A stretch of 64,000 bases of DNA from NCBI GenBank assembly GCA_002011125.2, contig MTMF02000009.1, positions 904,989 to 968,988 of the forward strand, given 5' to 3'. Below are positions 1 to 10,311 of the stretch, piece after piece. Source of the DNA: Candidatus Hydrothermarchaeum profundi (GTDB taxonomy: Archaea; Hydrothermarchaeota; Hydrothermarchaeia; Hydrothermarchaeales; Hydrothermarchaeaceae). The notes beneath the pieces were generated by a model. That model ran no database searches and was not told the DNA's origin. It saw only the letters and a program-made list of their open reading frames with translations. The translations under genes and the position numbers were made by a program. Numbering within the stretch: position 1 is the stretch's first letter; each line of letters opens with the position of its first letter.

Positions 1-302
1 AAGATAAAATAGAGAGCATCGGAAAAGATCTACCCCCTCACAAGTCAGACGGCGAGTACATAGGCATTGCAAGGGTAGATAAGAATTTTGCTCACATATT
101 CTATGAAGTCCTCTCTGAAGTTATAGCAGATGAGGGTAAAGGGGTTTTTTATGAGGAAGTTTTTAAGAGATTGATCGACATGGGCTATGAAGTAAACTAT
201 ACCACTACTGGCGGGTTACCATGGATAGAGATTGATACTCCCCGGGATCTTAAAACCGCCGAGGCAGATATTGCACCCGATATAGAGGGTCATATCAGCT
301 AA
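1..302 (+). CDS. 3' end of an NTP transferase (phosphocholine cytidylyltransferase-like); partial, not in the ORF track
   Basis: Frame from nt 3 reads DKIESIGKDL..GEYIGIA..FYEEVF..GLPWIEIDTPRDL..* (TAA 300-302); GEYIG and W.EIDT..D are typical of this family. Confidence 0.75.
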   Translation, partial: DKIESIGKDLPPHKSDGEYIGIARVDKNFAHIFYEVLSEVIADEGKGVFYEEVFKRLIDMGYEVNYTTTGGLPWIEIDTPRDLKTAEADIAPDIEGHIS

Positions 303-345
303 AAAAACATATTCTTTTCTTGTAGTCATTAAAACCTAGTTTTGT

Positions 346-1869
346 ATGCTTGAGAGAAATGTGGTATTCAAAGATTTTCGGGATAAAATACGGGTTGCAT
401 TGGTCTATCCTAATAGCTATACTATTGGAATGGCTAATCTGGGGTTTAGGATTTTATATGACTTACTAAACTCTATGGAAAATGTTTACGCAGAGAGATT
501 TTTCCTTGATTTTAACAAAAGTTTAGAAACAAAGTCTGAACTTAAGGAATTTGAAATCATCGCATTTACCTGGCAGTTTGAGCTAGACGCTCTTAACATA
601 CTTGATATCTTATATAGGAATAAAATCCCTCTCAGGCGAGATAGGAGAAAGCAAGTGGTTATCGTAGGAGGTCCTTGTGCAGTAAACCCCTACCCGCTGA
701 AAAAATTTGTAGACTTCTTTTTCATCGGTGAGGCAGAAGAGAATCTTGTATCTTTTATAAACGATTTCTCTCGGGGGGGTGATATTTATTCTCTATCAAA
801 AATTGAAGGAGTCTACTCCTCTGAGTTGGATAATTATACGAGGAAGGTTTACGTAAGTGACTTGGATAGATATCATCCAATAAAGCAAATAATGTCTCCT
901 GAGGCCGCATTGGGAGAAAGTTTCTTACTAGAGGTTTCTAGGGGCTGTGGCAGAGGCTGTAGATTTTGTATGAGTGGATACACTTTTAGACCTCAAAGGG
1001 AGAGAAGTTTTGAAAGGTTGCAGGAAATAGCTGATCGAGGTATTGAAGCGTGCGCGTCAAGGAAAATTTCATTAATAGGTGCCAGTGCCTCGGATTACCC
1101 CCGGATAGAAGATCTTTGTGAGTATCTTTCGGCTAGGGGCGTAGGGCTATCAATACCCTCATTAAGAGCGGATTCTCTCACAGAGCCAATAGTTGAGGCG
1201 CTTGTTAAGACAGGACAGCGAAGCCTTACTCTCGCTCCAGAATCTAACTGGAGGTTGAGGACTCTAGTAAACAAGCCTATCGAAGATGAGGATATACTCA
1301 GAGCTTATAAGATGTCAATTGATAGGGGCATAAAGAATATAAAGCTATATCTGATGGTAGGCATACCTACTGAGACTTCCGAGGATTTAAATGAGCTTGT
1401 TGGCTTGATAAAGGAACTTAAGAAAATATCTGGTAGAGTAAGACTTAGCGTTAATCCACTTATACCTAAGCCTCATACGCCTTTCCAGTGGCTTGGTTTA
1501 GAAAAATTGAGCGATTTAAGAGAAAAAATAGAGGTACTAAAGAAAGCCCGGGTACAGATGGAGGTCGAGGACTTAAAAATGGCACATATTCAAGCTACTA
1601 TATCCCTAGGGGACGAAGGACTCTCGGATATCCTTGAAAAAGCTTACTTCTATGGAAAGGGCTTAGGAGCTTTTAGGAGAGCTTTCAAAGAAGAAGGCGT
1701 AGAGTTTGACTATTATATTAGGGGAAGAGATACATCTGAGATTCTCCCTTGGGAAAAGATTGATGTCGGAGTAAAGAAAAGTTTTTTAATTAGGGAGTTT
1801 AAGAAATCTTTTAAAGGAGAGGTAACGAGCATTTGCAGAGAAGGTTGCAGGGTCTGCGGTGTCTGCTAA
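346..1869 (+). CDS. Radical SAM protein (B12-binding-like N-terminus, YgiQ/TIGR03960-like)
   Basis: YPNSY.IGMANLG N-terminus, EVSRGCGRGCRFC CxxxCxxC motif, PKPHTPFQW, C-terminal CxxxCxxCxxC. Confidence 0.85.
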   Translation: MLERNVVFKDFRDKIRVALVYPNSYTIGMANLGFRILYDLLNSMENVYAERFFLDFNKSLETKSELKEFEIIAFTWQFELDALNILDILYRNKIPLRRDRRKQVVIVGGPCAVNPYPLKKFVDFFFIGEAEENLVSFINDFSRGGDIYSLSKIEGVYSSELDNYTRKVYVSDLDRYHPIKQIMSPEAALGESFLLEVSRGCGRGCRFCMSGYTFRPQRERSFERLQEIADRGIEACASRKISLIGASASDYPRIEDLCEYLSARGVGLSIPSLRADSLTEPIVEALVKTGQRSLTLAPESNWRLRTLVNKPIEDEDILRAYKMSIDRGIKNIKLYLMVGIPTETSEDLNELVGLIKELKKISGRVRLSVNPLIPKPHTPFQWLGLEKLSDLREKIEVLKKARVQMEVEDLKMAHIQATISLGDEGLSDILEKAYFYGKGLGAFRRAFKEEGVEFDYYIRGRDTSEILPWEKIDVGVKKSFLIREFKKSFKGEVTSICREGCRVCGVC

Positions 1870-1904
1870 GCCTTCCTTTACCTCTTGTTATAGTGTGGTT
1901 AGAA

Positions 1905-2219
1905 ATGAGAATTAGTTGGAGCGACTTCAAAAAAATGTTTCCGCACCTTGCTAAGGAATTAGAGGGGGAATGGATGCAGATAGAAGCCGTTAGGACGGAT
2001 TCATTAGAGGCTGAGAAAGCATATAGGGATGGACTTGAGGGCTATGATCCTACTGTTATAGATTTTCTTAGGAGATGTGATACTGAAGAGCAGGGATTAG
2101 AGATTATAGACTATATGAAGGAGAGGAAGGAGATATCTGAGAAATATGCCACGGAGTTGAAGGTTCAACTCCTTAGGAATGGTATAAGGAGCTTTGGTCC
2201 AAAAAGAGAGAGTTACTGA
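1905..2219 (+). CDS. DUF2095 family archaeal protein
   Basis: FKKMFPHLAKEL...GYDPTVIDFLRRCDTEE..LEIIDY..G.RSFG; start moved to ATG 1905. Confidence 0.75.
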   Translation: MRISWSDFKKMFPHLAKELEGEWMQIEAVRTDSLEAEKAYRDGLEGYDPTVIDFLRRCDTEEQGLEIIDYMKERKEISEKYATELKVQLLRNGIRSFGPKRESY

Positions 2220-2770
2220 GTGAGATATTCTATTAGTCCAGGGGTTATGAGTACTTTTTCATTGAAGACAACATATCCATAAGGCAGGACAATTGACTCG
2301 TTTTCGTTACTCTTTATCTCCACTTCTGAGGTTATCTCTATCTCTTCTAGTTTCATTCCAAGGTAAATCATCTTTGATACTAATACAGCTGAATCTATGG
2401 AGAGTTGGATTTTACCTAGGTTCCTCGCTCTGCTCCCTTTTGATTTTGTGGTAATTAGTTTTTTTGTCCTTCCCTTAGGTTTAAAGTATCCCAGTATGCC
2501 TCCTACCACTAGGGCTTTTGCCGAGGCAAAGTCCTCCGTGCATAGTTCTCTATCAGCTAGGGGGTCAAGTATGATTAGCTCACTGGGTTTAAATAATTCA
2601 TAAAAAGAGGATTTTTCGACCCTTCCAATTTTTGAGAGGATTTCCTTGTCTTTTTGAGATTTGACTCCGGTGAAAATCAAATTATCCCATATCTCAGATG
2701 TATTCTTGTATTCTAAATATAGCCACTCTGATACTGCAGGTTCGCAATGTTCTATAATCATAACTACCAT
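2213..2770 (-). CDS. SFM1-like SPOUT SAM-dependent methyltransferase (DUF431)
   Basis: IIEH.EP..SEW..LEY, LDP.A..EL, VGGILG, RNLG..QLSIDSA, LPYGY motifs. Confidence 0.75.
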   Translation of the reverse strand: MVVMIIEHCEPAVSEWLYLEYKNTSEIWDNLIFTGVKSQKDKEILSKIGRVEKSSFYELFKPSELIILDPLADRELCTEDFASAKALVVGGILGYFKPKGRTKKLITTKSKGSRARNLGKIQLSIDSAVLVSKMIYLGMKLEEIEITSEVEIKSNENESIVLPYGYVVFNEKVLITPGLIEYLTQ

Positions 2771-2868
2771 AACAAAAAATTAGAAATATATAAGAAATTA
2801 AAATGTTTTTTGTGTAACCAAAATTTATATATGCCATCCGCTGTTGTTAGAAGAAATAAGGTGTCCTA

Positions 2869-3501
2869 ATGTTTGACGGCTTTGGAAAACGGTTCTGGAA
2901 AAAGCTTTTGAGATTATTTAAAAGAAAGAAAATAATACAGCTAGGCTTTTATGGACCAGTAAACGCCGGAAAAACCACCCTTGCAAATCGAATATCTCTT
3001 GACTGGCTTGGAACAGAGGTGGGCACAGTTTCTGAGATTCCGCATGAGACCAGGCATGTCCAAAAGGTTGAGAACGTGAGAGTGGCTACCGACAATGGGG
3101 AGCTAAGAATGAATATAATTGATATGCCTGGAATAGCCACGCAAGTTGATTTTAAGAGCTTCCAAGAGTACGGTATGAGCGAGGAGGATGCTAAGGAAAG
3201 GGCAAAAGAAGCTACGAAGGGAGTGATAGAAGCTATAAAATGGTTAGATGATGTTGATGCAGTACTTATTGTGATGGACTCAACGGAGGATCCATATACC
3301 CAGGTGAATGTTACGATTATTGGAAATCTAGAGGCGAGGGGGATACCTGCTATAATTGTAGCCAATAAGATAGACGACGAAAGAGCATCGCCTTCAAGCA
3401 TAGAAAATGCGTTTCCACAGCATGTTGTCATTCCTATATCTGCGCGGACTGGTGAGAATCTAGACAAGCTTTATCAAGCTATTCAAGAGCATCTTACGTA
3501 G
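2869..3501 (+). CDS. oapA: Era-like GTPase, origin-associated protein A
   Basis: GPVNAGKTTLANRI, IPHETR, DMPG, ANKID; EATKGV.EAIKWL..DPY.QVN signature; followed by oapB and oapC. Confidence 0.9.
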   Translation: MFDGFGKRFWKKLLRLFKRKKIIQLGFYGPVNAGKTTLANRISLDWLGTEVGTVSEIPHETRHVQKVENVRVATDNGELRMNIIDMPGIATQVDFKSFQEYGMSEEDAKERAKEATKGVIEAIKWLDDVDAVLIVMDSTEDPYTQVNVTIIGNLEARGIPAIIVANKIDDERASPSSIENAFPQHVVIPISARTGENLDKLYQAIQEHLT

Positions 3502-3512
3502 TGGTGGTTAAG

Positions 3513-3923
3513 ATGGGAATTCAAGTTGACTTCATATCTTCAGAATCGCTGCGAAGTAAAGGCTCTGTAGAAAAAATAAACATGATCTTGGAGAAGATAA
3601 AAAATAATGTTATTGTGGTGCTTGAAGACGGGCTCACTCCAGTTGAAGAAACAGAACTGATTGAGGCAACTATGCGGGAGATAGATACAGAAGATTTTCA
3701 TGGGATAGAATTCTACAGAATGGATCATAAAACTACTAGGTTGCGGGACAAAATCGCGGACTATATTTCAGGTAGGAAGTCCGGGCTAACTATAGTGGGC
3801 TCTGCTAGGATTGTTGAAGCAATAAGAAAAGAACCAGATTATATATCTATGCTCGCTAAGCTTGAAGAGGAGAGCTCTGAGAAGAAAAAGAAGAGAAAAT
3901 CTAAGAAAAAAGGTGTAAAATAA
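3513..3923 (+). CDS. oapB: DUF2073 protein, origin-associated protein B
   Basis: EKI..IL..I..N.IVVLE.GLTP.EE..LIE.TM..I..EDF.GIE; synteny between oapA and oapC; alternative GTG start at 3501. Confidence 0.85.
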   Translation: MGIQVDFISSESLRSKGSVEKINMILEKIKNNVIVVLEDGLTPVEETELIEATMREIDTEDFHGIEFYRMDHKTTRLRDKIADYISGRKSGLTIVGSARIVEAIRKEPDYISMLAKLEEESSEKKKKRKSKKKGVK

Positions 3924-4264
3924 TGCCTCACAGATGTACTAGGTGTGGCAAGACCTATGAAGAAGGCTCTGAGGCATTGTTAAAAGGTTGCAGCTGTGGG
4001 AATAGATATTTTTTGTATTACCGGAGAATAACTGATAAGGAAGCTGAAGAATTTAAGACCAAGGAGCAAATTAAAGAAATAACTGGTAAGGACATCTGGA
4101 ATATTAAGGTCAAGAATGGTGTCTACGAAATAGACATAGCTTCTCTTATGAAACAGGAGCCAATAATTGTGGCAGGTGAGGAGGGGAGATATCTTCTGAG
4201 CCTTTCATCAGTTTTTAAAGAAAAAAAGAAGAAAATTAAGTATCCTGAAAGGATTAAGAAGTAA
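3923..4264 (+). CDS. oapC: Zn-ribbon DUF2072 protein, origin-associated protein C
   Basis: MPHRCTRCG..Y..GS..LL.GC.CG..F.Y; G.YEIDI..L. Confidence 0.85.
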   Translation: MPHRCTRCGKTYEEGSEALLKGCSCGNRYFLYYRRITDKEAEEFKTKEQIKEITGKDIWNIKVKNGVYEIDIASLMKQEPIIVAGEEGRYLLSLSSVFKEKKKKIKYPERIKK

Positions 4265-5162
4265 GATATTCTAGTAACTCACGTATACCATTCTCTAATC
4301 CTATTTCTGGTCTCCATCCAAGTTTTTTCTTGGCTTTTTTTATATCCAAGCATATACGATACACCTCCCCTTTTATAGGAGGCCCGTATATAGGCGTAAT
4401 ATTTTTTCCTAGTATAGAGCGGATAGTATTAAAAATCTCGTTAACAGAGGTTTCCCTGCCTGTTCCGATATTAAAAGCTTGGCTTGACACCTTTTTTTCA
4501 ATTGCCATGAGATTTGCTTTCGCAACATCTTTAACATAAACGAAATCTCTGGTTTGATTTCCGTCTCCGTTGATTTTAGGCCTATTTCCGTCAAGCATCC
4601 TTTTAGCAAATATTGCGACAACGCCTGCCTCGCCATAAGGGTCTTGCCTCGGTCCATACACATTTCCATATCTCAGCGACACATATTTCAGACCATATGT
4701 TTTACTAAAAGAGTGTAAGTAATTCTCTACCGCAAATTTAGATACTCCATAGGGCGACAGTGGTTTAACCGGGTGTTCTTCGTCCACAGGTAGATATTCA
4801 GGTTCTCCATATATGGCCCCTCCGGATGAGGCATATACAAACTTTTCTACGTCAAGGCAGTTTTCTATTAGATTTATCGACCCCAATATGTTTACCTGAG
4901 AGTCGAATACAGGATCCTCAAGCGACTTTCTTACTTGGACTTGGGCCCCCATATGTAATACGCAGTCGATTTCCTCTTTTTTTATTATGTCGTTTAACTC
5001 ATCTAAGATGCTAGCCCTATAGAAGATTGCCTCTCTATTTATGTACTCTTTTTTTCCTGTAGAGAGGTCGTCGATTACTACTACCTCATAACCTTCAGAT
5101 ATCAAAAGGTCCACAGTATTCGAACCTATAAAGCCTGCCCCGCCTGTTACTAGTACTTTCAT
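4254..5162 (-). CDS. galE: UDP-glucose 4-epimerase family SDR
   Basis: TGGAGFIG, ASSGGAIYG, YGVSK, RYGNVYGPRQ; ATG 5162 overlaps the upstream TGA (ATGA). Confidence 0.8.
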   Translation of the reverse strand: MKVLVTGGAGFIGSNTVDLLISEGYEVVVIDDLSTGKKEYINREAIFYRASILDELNDIIKKEEIDCVLHMGAQVQVRKSLEDPVFDSQVNILGSINLIENCLDVEKFVYASSGGAIYGEPEYLPVDEEHPVKPLSPYGVSKFAVENYLHSFSKTYGLKYVSLRYGNVYGPRQDPYGEAGVVAIFAKRMLDGNRPKINGDGNQTRDFVYVKDVAKANLMAIEKKVSSQAFNIGTGRETSVNEIFNTIRSILGKNITPIYGPPIKGEVYRICLDIKKAKKKLGWRPEIGLENGIRELLEYLTS

Positions 5163-6175
5163 CTTGCCCCCGTGAACCATTTTATCGTCTTCTTTATCCC
5201 TTCTTCTAAGGATACTTTAGGTTTCCACTTGAGGAGGCGTTTAGCCTTAGAGATATCCGGGCATCTCCTTTTTGGGTCGTCTTTTGGGAGGGGATAAAAG
5301 GTGATTTTTGATTGAGAACCGGTCAGTCTTTTAACCAGTTCAGCTAATTCAAGTATAGATGTTTCCTTATCGTTGCCAATGTTGACAACCTCTCCTTTAG
5401 CATCCATTGAGGTCAATCTTAGAATACCTTCTATCTGGTCTGTGATGTATGTGAAACTCCTAGTCTGTGAGCCGTCTCCGAACACTGTTATTGGTTCTCC
5501 TTTTAGCGCTTGGTCTATGAATCTCGGCACTACACGACCATATATGTCTCCTGTTCGCATACGAGGTCCGTAGCTATTGAAAATTCTAACTATCCGTGTG
5601 TCAAGACCGTGTTGAAGCTCATAGGCCTTCACAAAGGCCTCGCCTGCCCGCTTTGATTCATCATAGCAACTTCTTGGACCAATTGGGTTCACATTTCCGT
5701 TATAAGTCTCAGGTGTAGGTATGAAGCTTTCATCAGGATCTCCGTATACCTCGCTGGTTGATGTATAGAGGAACCTTGCATTGTGCTCTTTGGCTATTCC
5801 TAGTGCCACCCATATCCCCATTGTGTTAGCTTTAAGAATTTGGATCGGGAACTTATCGAACTCGAAGGGAGAAGCTCTGCTAGCCATGTGCATTACTATA
5901 TCAAATTTCTCTTTGAAATATATGGGTTTAGAAATATCGTGTTCAATGAAATTTAGGTTCTCGTTATTCAGCAGATGTTCTATATTGGACATTTGGCCGC
6001 TGACTAGACTATCTATGCATGTAACTCTGGCCCCCATCTCTATGAGTACGTCACATGTCCAAGAACCTATAAAGCCTGCCCCGCCTGTAATGAGGATATG
6101 TAAATCAGAAAAACTTATCCCCTCTTCTTTCAATGAAGATACGATCTCTCTGACTCCTTCATTGATGACGTTCAA
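5159..6175 (-). CDS. UDP-glucuronate decarboxylase (UDP-xylose synthase)
   Basis: TGGAGFIG, ASP, STSEVYGDP, GNVNPIGPRSCYDESKR, RIFNSYGPRM, DDP.RR.PDI. Confidence 0.88.
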   Translation of the reverse strand: MNVINEGVREIVSSLKEEGISFSDLHILITGGAGFIGSWTCDVLIEMGARVTCIDSLVSGQMSNIEHLLNNENLNFIEHDISKPIYFKEKFDIVMHMASRASPFEFDKFPIQILKANTMGIWVALGIAKEHNARFLYTSTSEVYGDPDESFIPTPETYNGNVNPIGPRSCYDESKRAGEAFVKAYELQHGLDTRIVRIFNSYGPRMRTGDIYGRVVPRFIDQALKGEPITVFGDGSQTRSFTYITDQIEGILRLTSMDAKGEVVNIGNDKETSILELAELVKRLTGSQSKITFYPLPKDDPKRRCPDISKAKRLLKWKPKVSLEEGIKKTIKWFTGAR

Positions 6176-6179
6176 TTGT

Positions 6180-7043
6180 CTACACCTTGTTTAAAAGTTC
6201 TTTGAGATACTTTTTAAGCTCAGGACCGTTTTCCTCGCTATTCAAGGCTATTTCTATCGTACTCTTAAGCCAATCAATCTTTGTTCCTATGTCATACCTT
6301 CTTCCTTGGAAGTTATATGCATAGACAGCTTGGATATCTTTCAGTAGCCGTATAGCATCGGTTAGCTGTATTTCCCCACCAACTCCCGGCTTAGTTTTCC
6401 TAATGCACTCAAAGATTTCAGGAGTAAGAACATATCTGCCGATTATTCCTAAATCAGATGGGGCTTCCTCGGGGCTAGGTTTTTCAACTAGGTCTTCTAT
6501 GCGATAAACGTCATTAATAGGGGTCACCTTAACTATCCCATAGCTCGAGATCTTTTCTTTGTTGACCTTTTCAACCGCTATGATTGAAGCTTTATACTCC
6601 TCATATTTTTTGATTAGCTGCTTTGTGCAGGGAGTCTCGCTAATTGTTATTGTATCCCCTAATAATACAGCAAAGGGCTCATTGCCTACGAACTTTCTAG
6701 CACAGAATATAGCATCTCCTAAGCCCTTCTGTTCTTTCTGCCGAATATAGTGGATATCCGCCATATTAGCACTGGCTTCAAGTTCTTCTATAAGGTCAAA
6801 CTTTTCTCCTTTTATTAGAGTATTCTCCAGCTCAAAAGACCTATCGAAGTGATCTTCTATCGCCCTCTTTCCTCTGCCTGTTATTATTAATATGTTATCT
6901 ATACCTGAATCAACGGCCTCCTTTACAACATACTCTATGGTAGGCCTATCATAAACTGGAAGCATCTCTTTTGGCTGGGCTTTTGTAATTGGAAAAAACC
7001 TTGTTCCTAGTCCTGCGGCAGGGATAACAGCCTTCACCAACAT
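6180..7043 (-). CDS. galU: UTP-glucose-1-phosphate uridylyltransferase
   Basis: KAVIPAAGLGTRF.P.TKA.PKEMLP, GLGDA, VEKP, GEIQLTDA. Confidence 0.92.
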   Translation of the reverse strand: MLVKAVIPAAGLGTRFFPITKAQPKEMLPVYDRPTIEYVVKEAVDSGIDNILIITGRGKRAIEDHFDRSFELENTLIKGEKFDLIEELEASANMADIHYIRQKEQKGLGDAIFCARKFVGNEPFAVLLGDTITISETPCTKQLIKKYEEYKASIIAVEKVNKEKISSYGIVKVTPINDVYRIEDLVEKPSPEEAPSDLGIIGRYVLTPEIFECIRKTKPGVGGEIQLTDAIRLLKDIQAVYAYNFQGRRYDIGTKIDWLKSTIEIALNSEENGPELKKYLKELLNKV

Positions 7044-8320
7044 ACCCCCTCATAATAATCTGCTACCCTCGCTTCGTCAATTCTTCTCCCATCTATAACT
7101 ATCTTACCTCTGTAGAGGTCCTCTTTTTTATATTCATCCCATTCGGTCACTATGAGCACATATCTACATTTCTTTAGGGCGTCCTCTGCCGTAGTATAAA
7201 ATTTCAGCCGTTCATGTTTTCCAAAAATCTTCTTAGCTTCGTTAATGGCCTTGGGATCAGTAGCGTGGACGACAGCGCCCTTAGAAAGCAAGTTATGTAT
7301 CACTTTAATAGAGGGGGCTTCCCTCATATCATCTGTTCCCGGTTTAAATGCGAGTCCTAGGACCGCCACGTCTACGTCCTTTAGCGAGCCTATTTTTCTC
7401 TCTAAAAGCTCTACGAGTCTCAAGGGTTGCGATTCATTCAATTCGAGGGCTGCATTAAGCACAATTGGCCGATAGTATACCTCCTTGGCTTTCCCCACTA
7501 ATGCTTTTACATCTTTTGGAAAGCAGCTTCCTCCGAAACCGATTCCAGCGTTTAAGAATTTCGGAGAAATCCTAGAGTCCATACTTAGACCCTTAGCTAC
7601 TTGGTATACATCTATCCCAAGGGACTTGCATATGTTCCCTATCTCGTTAATGAAACTTATCTTAGTAACCAAGAATGAGTTGGTAGCATATTTTATCATC
7701 TCTGCAGTCTTAGGATTAGTTAACAATATAGGGCAGTGGAAGTCAAGATATAAGTCGAGTAGATAGTAGTTAGACCGCCGGTCTATCCCCCCTATTACTA
7801 TCCTATCAGGGTTCATGAAGTCCTCAATGGCGTTACCCTCCCTCAGGAACTCCGGATTCATTGCTACACCAAAGTCCGGTCCTGCTTTTTTAACTGAGTA
7901 TCTCTCAAGCAGAGGTATTACAGAGTGCTCGGTCGTACCCGGAACTACAGTACTTTTTACTACCACGAGATGATATCCGTTCTTGTTTTTTAGAGCTTTT
8001 CCAATCCCCTTGCTAACCTCTTCGATATATTTTAAGTCAATATAATCTAAAAGACCAGAGGGAGTTCCAACACAGATAAAGGATATATCAGTTTTTCTTA
8101 CAGAATCTGCGAGGTTTTTAGTTGCCCTAAGCCTACCTTCGTTAACGTTTCTCTCTAGAAGCTCTTCTAGTCCCTTCTCGTAAATAGGAGGTATACGTTG
8201 GTTGATTTTTCTAATTCTTTCTTCATCAACATCAACGCATATAACATTGTGCCCGAGGTCTGCGAAACAAGCGCCTGTGACAAGTCCCACATATCCCGTG
8301 CCTACAATAGAAATATTCAA
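7034..8320 (-). CDS. ugd: UDP-glucose 6-dehydrogenase
   Basis: GTGYVGL, VGTP, KSTV.PGT, NPEFLREG.A, GFGGSCFPKD, LAFKPGTDD.RE; TTG start. Confidence 0.92.
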   Translation of the reverse strand: MNISIVGTGYVGLVTGACFADLGHNVICVDVDEERIRKINQRIPPIYEKGLEELLERNVNEGRLRATKNLADSVRKTDISFICVGTPSGLLDYIDLKYIEEVSKGIGKALKNKNGYHLVVVKSTVVPGTTEHSVIPLLERYSVKKAGPDFGVAMNPEFLREGNAIEDFMNPDRIVIGGIDRRSNYYLLDLYLDFHCPILLTNPKTAEMIKYATNSFLVTKISFINEIGNICKSLGIDVYQVAKGLSMDSRISPKFLNAGIGFGGSCFPKDVKALVGKAKEVYYRPIVLNAALELNESQPLRLVELLERKIGSLKDVDVAVLGLAFKPGTDDMREAPSIKVIHNLLSKGAVVHATDPKAINEAKKIFGKHERLKFYTTAEDALKKCRYVLIVTEWDEYKKEDLYRGKIVIDGRRIDEARVADYYEGVCW

Positions 8321-8448
8321 TTCATCACACTCCTCGCATCGAGAGAACCACAGCTCAGCTGTTTATGAGAACAAACATTAATAACTCCGTAGTATCCATT
8401 TTCATCCTCACATTATAACTTCTATAAAGGCAAATAGTAGGGATTGTT

Positions 8449-10011
8449 TTAAATTATTTTCCCCATATAAGGACCTACTCTTTTGTAGCCAAATCTTCTA
8501 TAATACTCCCGAGTACCTATCGCGCTTGTTATCAATATTTTATTGAAGTTCTTTTCCTTAGAGATCTCTTCTGCCTTCTTAAGGAGGAGTTCTCCCCATC
8601 CTTTATGTTGGGATGCTTTCTCTATTCTCTTACCCAAAGGCACAGAGGTTCCCAAAACTCTCAGCTCTCTGACGATGGATGCTCCTCTAACTTCCTCTCT
8701 ATGAGCTTTTTGAGATGGAAATCGCAGTCTTAGGTAGGCTATAAGAGCGTCATTCTCTTCATCTTCTATTGAAATAAAGTTTTCAATCCCCTGAGATGCG
8801 CTATATGTCTCTACCTCCAATTTCACGTCTCCGCTGAACTCTATCCCTTCGCGATAAGAAAGGTGCCCTATATCCCTACACCTTATACATCTACATTTCA
8901 TACCTTCTTCTTTAAGCCGTCTGTATACAAGTTCACCTAGATCTCCTTTCTTCACTCCCGCCTCTATAAGGTATTTTGGGATATCCCTCTGAATGCGCAT
9001 AGTCCTGACCCATCTTGGCATTATCTTTTTAATCTCACAAATCAACGGCAAGGCATCTTTATCTGAATATGGAGTATACTCCCCTCTTTTCCACAGCTCA
9101 TAAAGCTCTGTGCCCTTAACTACGAGGGTAGGGTATATCTTAATAAAGTCTGGCTTAAATCCGTCTTCACTAAAAATTCTACGAAACATCTCTAAGTCAG
9201 TTTTAAAGTCTGAAAAAAGTCCCGGCATCATGTGATAGCCAACCTTTAGCCCGGAGTCTCTAATTATCCTTGTTGCTTCAATTACATCACTAACCCCATG
9301 TCTCCGCTTCACCTTATCGTACACATGGTCGTAGATGGTCTGGACCCCAAGCTCAACCCGGGTGACTCCCCTGTTCAGCATCATGTCTACATGACGTTCC
9401 TTGGCGAAATCAGGCCGTGTCTCGATGGTGATGCCTACATTTCTAACACGTGACCTCTCATTCTCCTCTTCCACGCTCTCCCAATTCTGCGGTCTATCAT
9501 TCTTTTTCTCTTTATAATCGTTCATGGACTCCAGGCATCTTTTTAAGAACCATTCTTGGTAGGCATCTGGCTGAGCCAGAAAGGTACCTCCCATTACTAT
9601 CAGCTCTACCTTATCTATCGAATGTCCAATCTGTTCTAACTGCCGTAGACGATTTTCAACTTGCTTATACGGGTCATAATTTGCCATCTTAGCTCTTAAG
9701 GCAGCAGGCTCTTCTCCTGTATAGCTCTGGGGAGCATTTTCACCTCTAGGGCAGTATATACACTCTCCAGGGCAAGGATAAGGCTTGGCCATTACAGCGA
9801 CCACAGCTATTCCGGAGATGGTTCTAACAGGCTTACGCATTAATAGCGGAAGTAGAATTTGGATATCCGCTTCTTGTGCGTTGGCTAGGATCTCAGAGTT
9901 GCTAGGTATTTTACTTAATCTATATTTCCTAGCGATTTTCATCTTTAATCTCTGTAAATCTTGCTCAGGATTTCTCTTAATCTCTTTTATGATCTCTTTT
10001 ACTGCCTGCAT
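8449..10011 (-). CDS. elp3: tRNA uridine(34) acetyltransferase Elp3
   Basis: KPVRTISG.AVVAVM, CP.GECIYCP, QSYTG.EP, ETRPD, R.QRDIP, VREL.V.G, QH.G.G; probable start ATG 10011. Confidence 0.92.
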   Translation of the reverse strand: MQAVKEIIKEIKRNPEQDLQRLKMKIARKYRLSKIPSNSEILANAQEADIQILLPLLMRKPVRTISGIAVVAVMAKPYPCPGECIYCPRGENAPQSYTGEEPAALRAKMANYDPYKQVENRLRQLEQIGHSIDKVELIVMGGTFLAQPDAYQEWFLKRCLESMNDYKEKKNDRPQNWESVEEENERSRVRNVGITIETRPDFAKERHVDMMLNRGVTRVELGVQTIYDHVYDKVKRRHGVSDVIEATRIIRDSGLKVGYHMMPGLFSDFKTDLEMFRRIFSEDGFKPDFIKIYPTLVVKGTELYELWKRGEYTPYSDKDALPLICEIKKIMPRWVRTMRIQRDIPKYLIEAGVKKGDLGELVYRRLKEEGMKCRCIRCRDIGHLSYREGIEFSGDVKLEVETYSASQGIENFISIEDEENDALIAYLRLRFPSQKAHREEVRGASIVRELRVLGTSVPLGKRIEKASQHKGWGELLLKKAEEISKEKNFNKILITSAIGTREYYRRFGYKRVGPYMGKII

Positions 10012-10061
10012 TAGTTGATGTAGAAAATCTTGACTTCGACAAATTTTTCCCTCCAAAGTAT

Positions 10062-10223
10062 ATGACTAAACTTCAAAGAACAAGTAAGGACCAGTACTTT
10101 TTGATAATACCAAGAGATCTGATTAGGTTAGTCGGATGGAAAGAAGGAGATGAGATAGATATACGCTCCGGCTCGGAGGTTAGTCCAGGGAAAAAGGATC
10201 TGGTCTTAAGAAAAGTCTCATAA
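10062..10223 (+). CDS. Small AbrB/MazE/SpoVT-type DNA-binding protein (53 aa; not in the ORF track)
   Basis: MTKLQRTSKDQYFLIIPRDLIRLVGWKEGDEIDIR.. matches the Q.x.ITIP..+...GW..GD.+.+ AbrB pattern. Confidence 0.75.
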   Translation: MTKLQRTSKDQYFLIIPRDLIRLVGWKEGDEIDIRSGSEVSPGKKDLVLRKVS

Positions 10224-10286
10224 AAAATTACTCTACGCTGGTCTAAGTAGAAAACTCGAATTAATAAGATTAGCACTAACATAAGA

Positions 10287-10294
10287 TATATATA
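10287..10294 (+). promoter_or_regulatory. Putative archaeal TATA box upstream of a structured element
   Basis: TATATATA about 25-30 nt upstream of the stem starting at 10316. Confidence 0.4.
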
Positions 10295-10311
10295 CATAAA
10301 ACTTATAGCAA

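Noticed and set aside
2771-4264. Replication origin next to oapABC
   Set aside because: The upstream spacer is under 100 bp, with no ORB repeats and no cdc6 in the window.
8321-8448. Small ORF between ugd and elp3
   Set aside because: Only very short frames with no recognisable motif.
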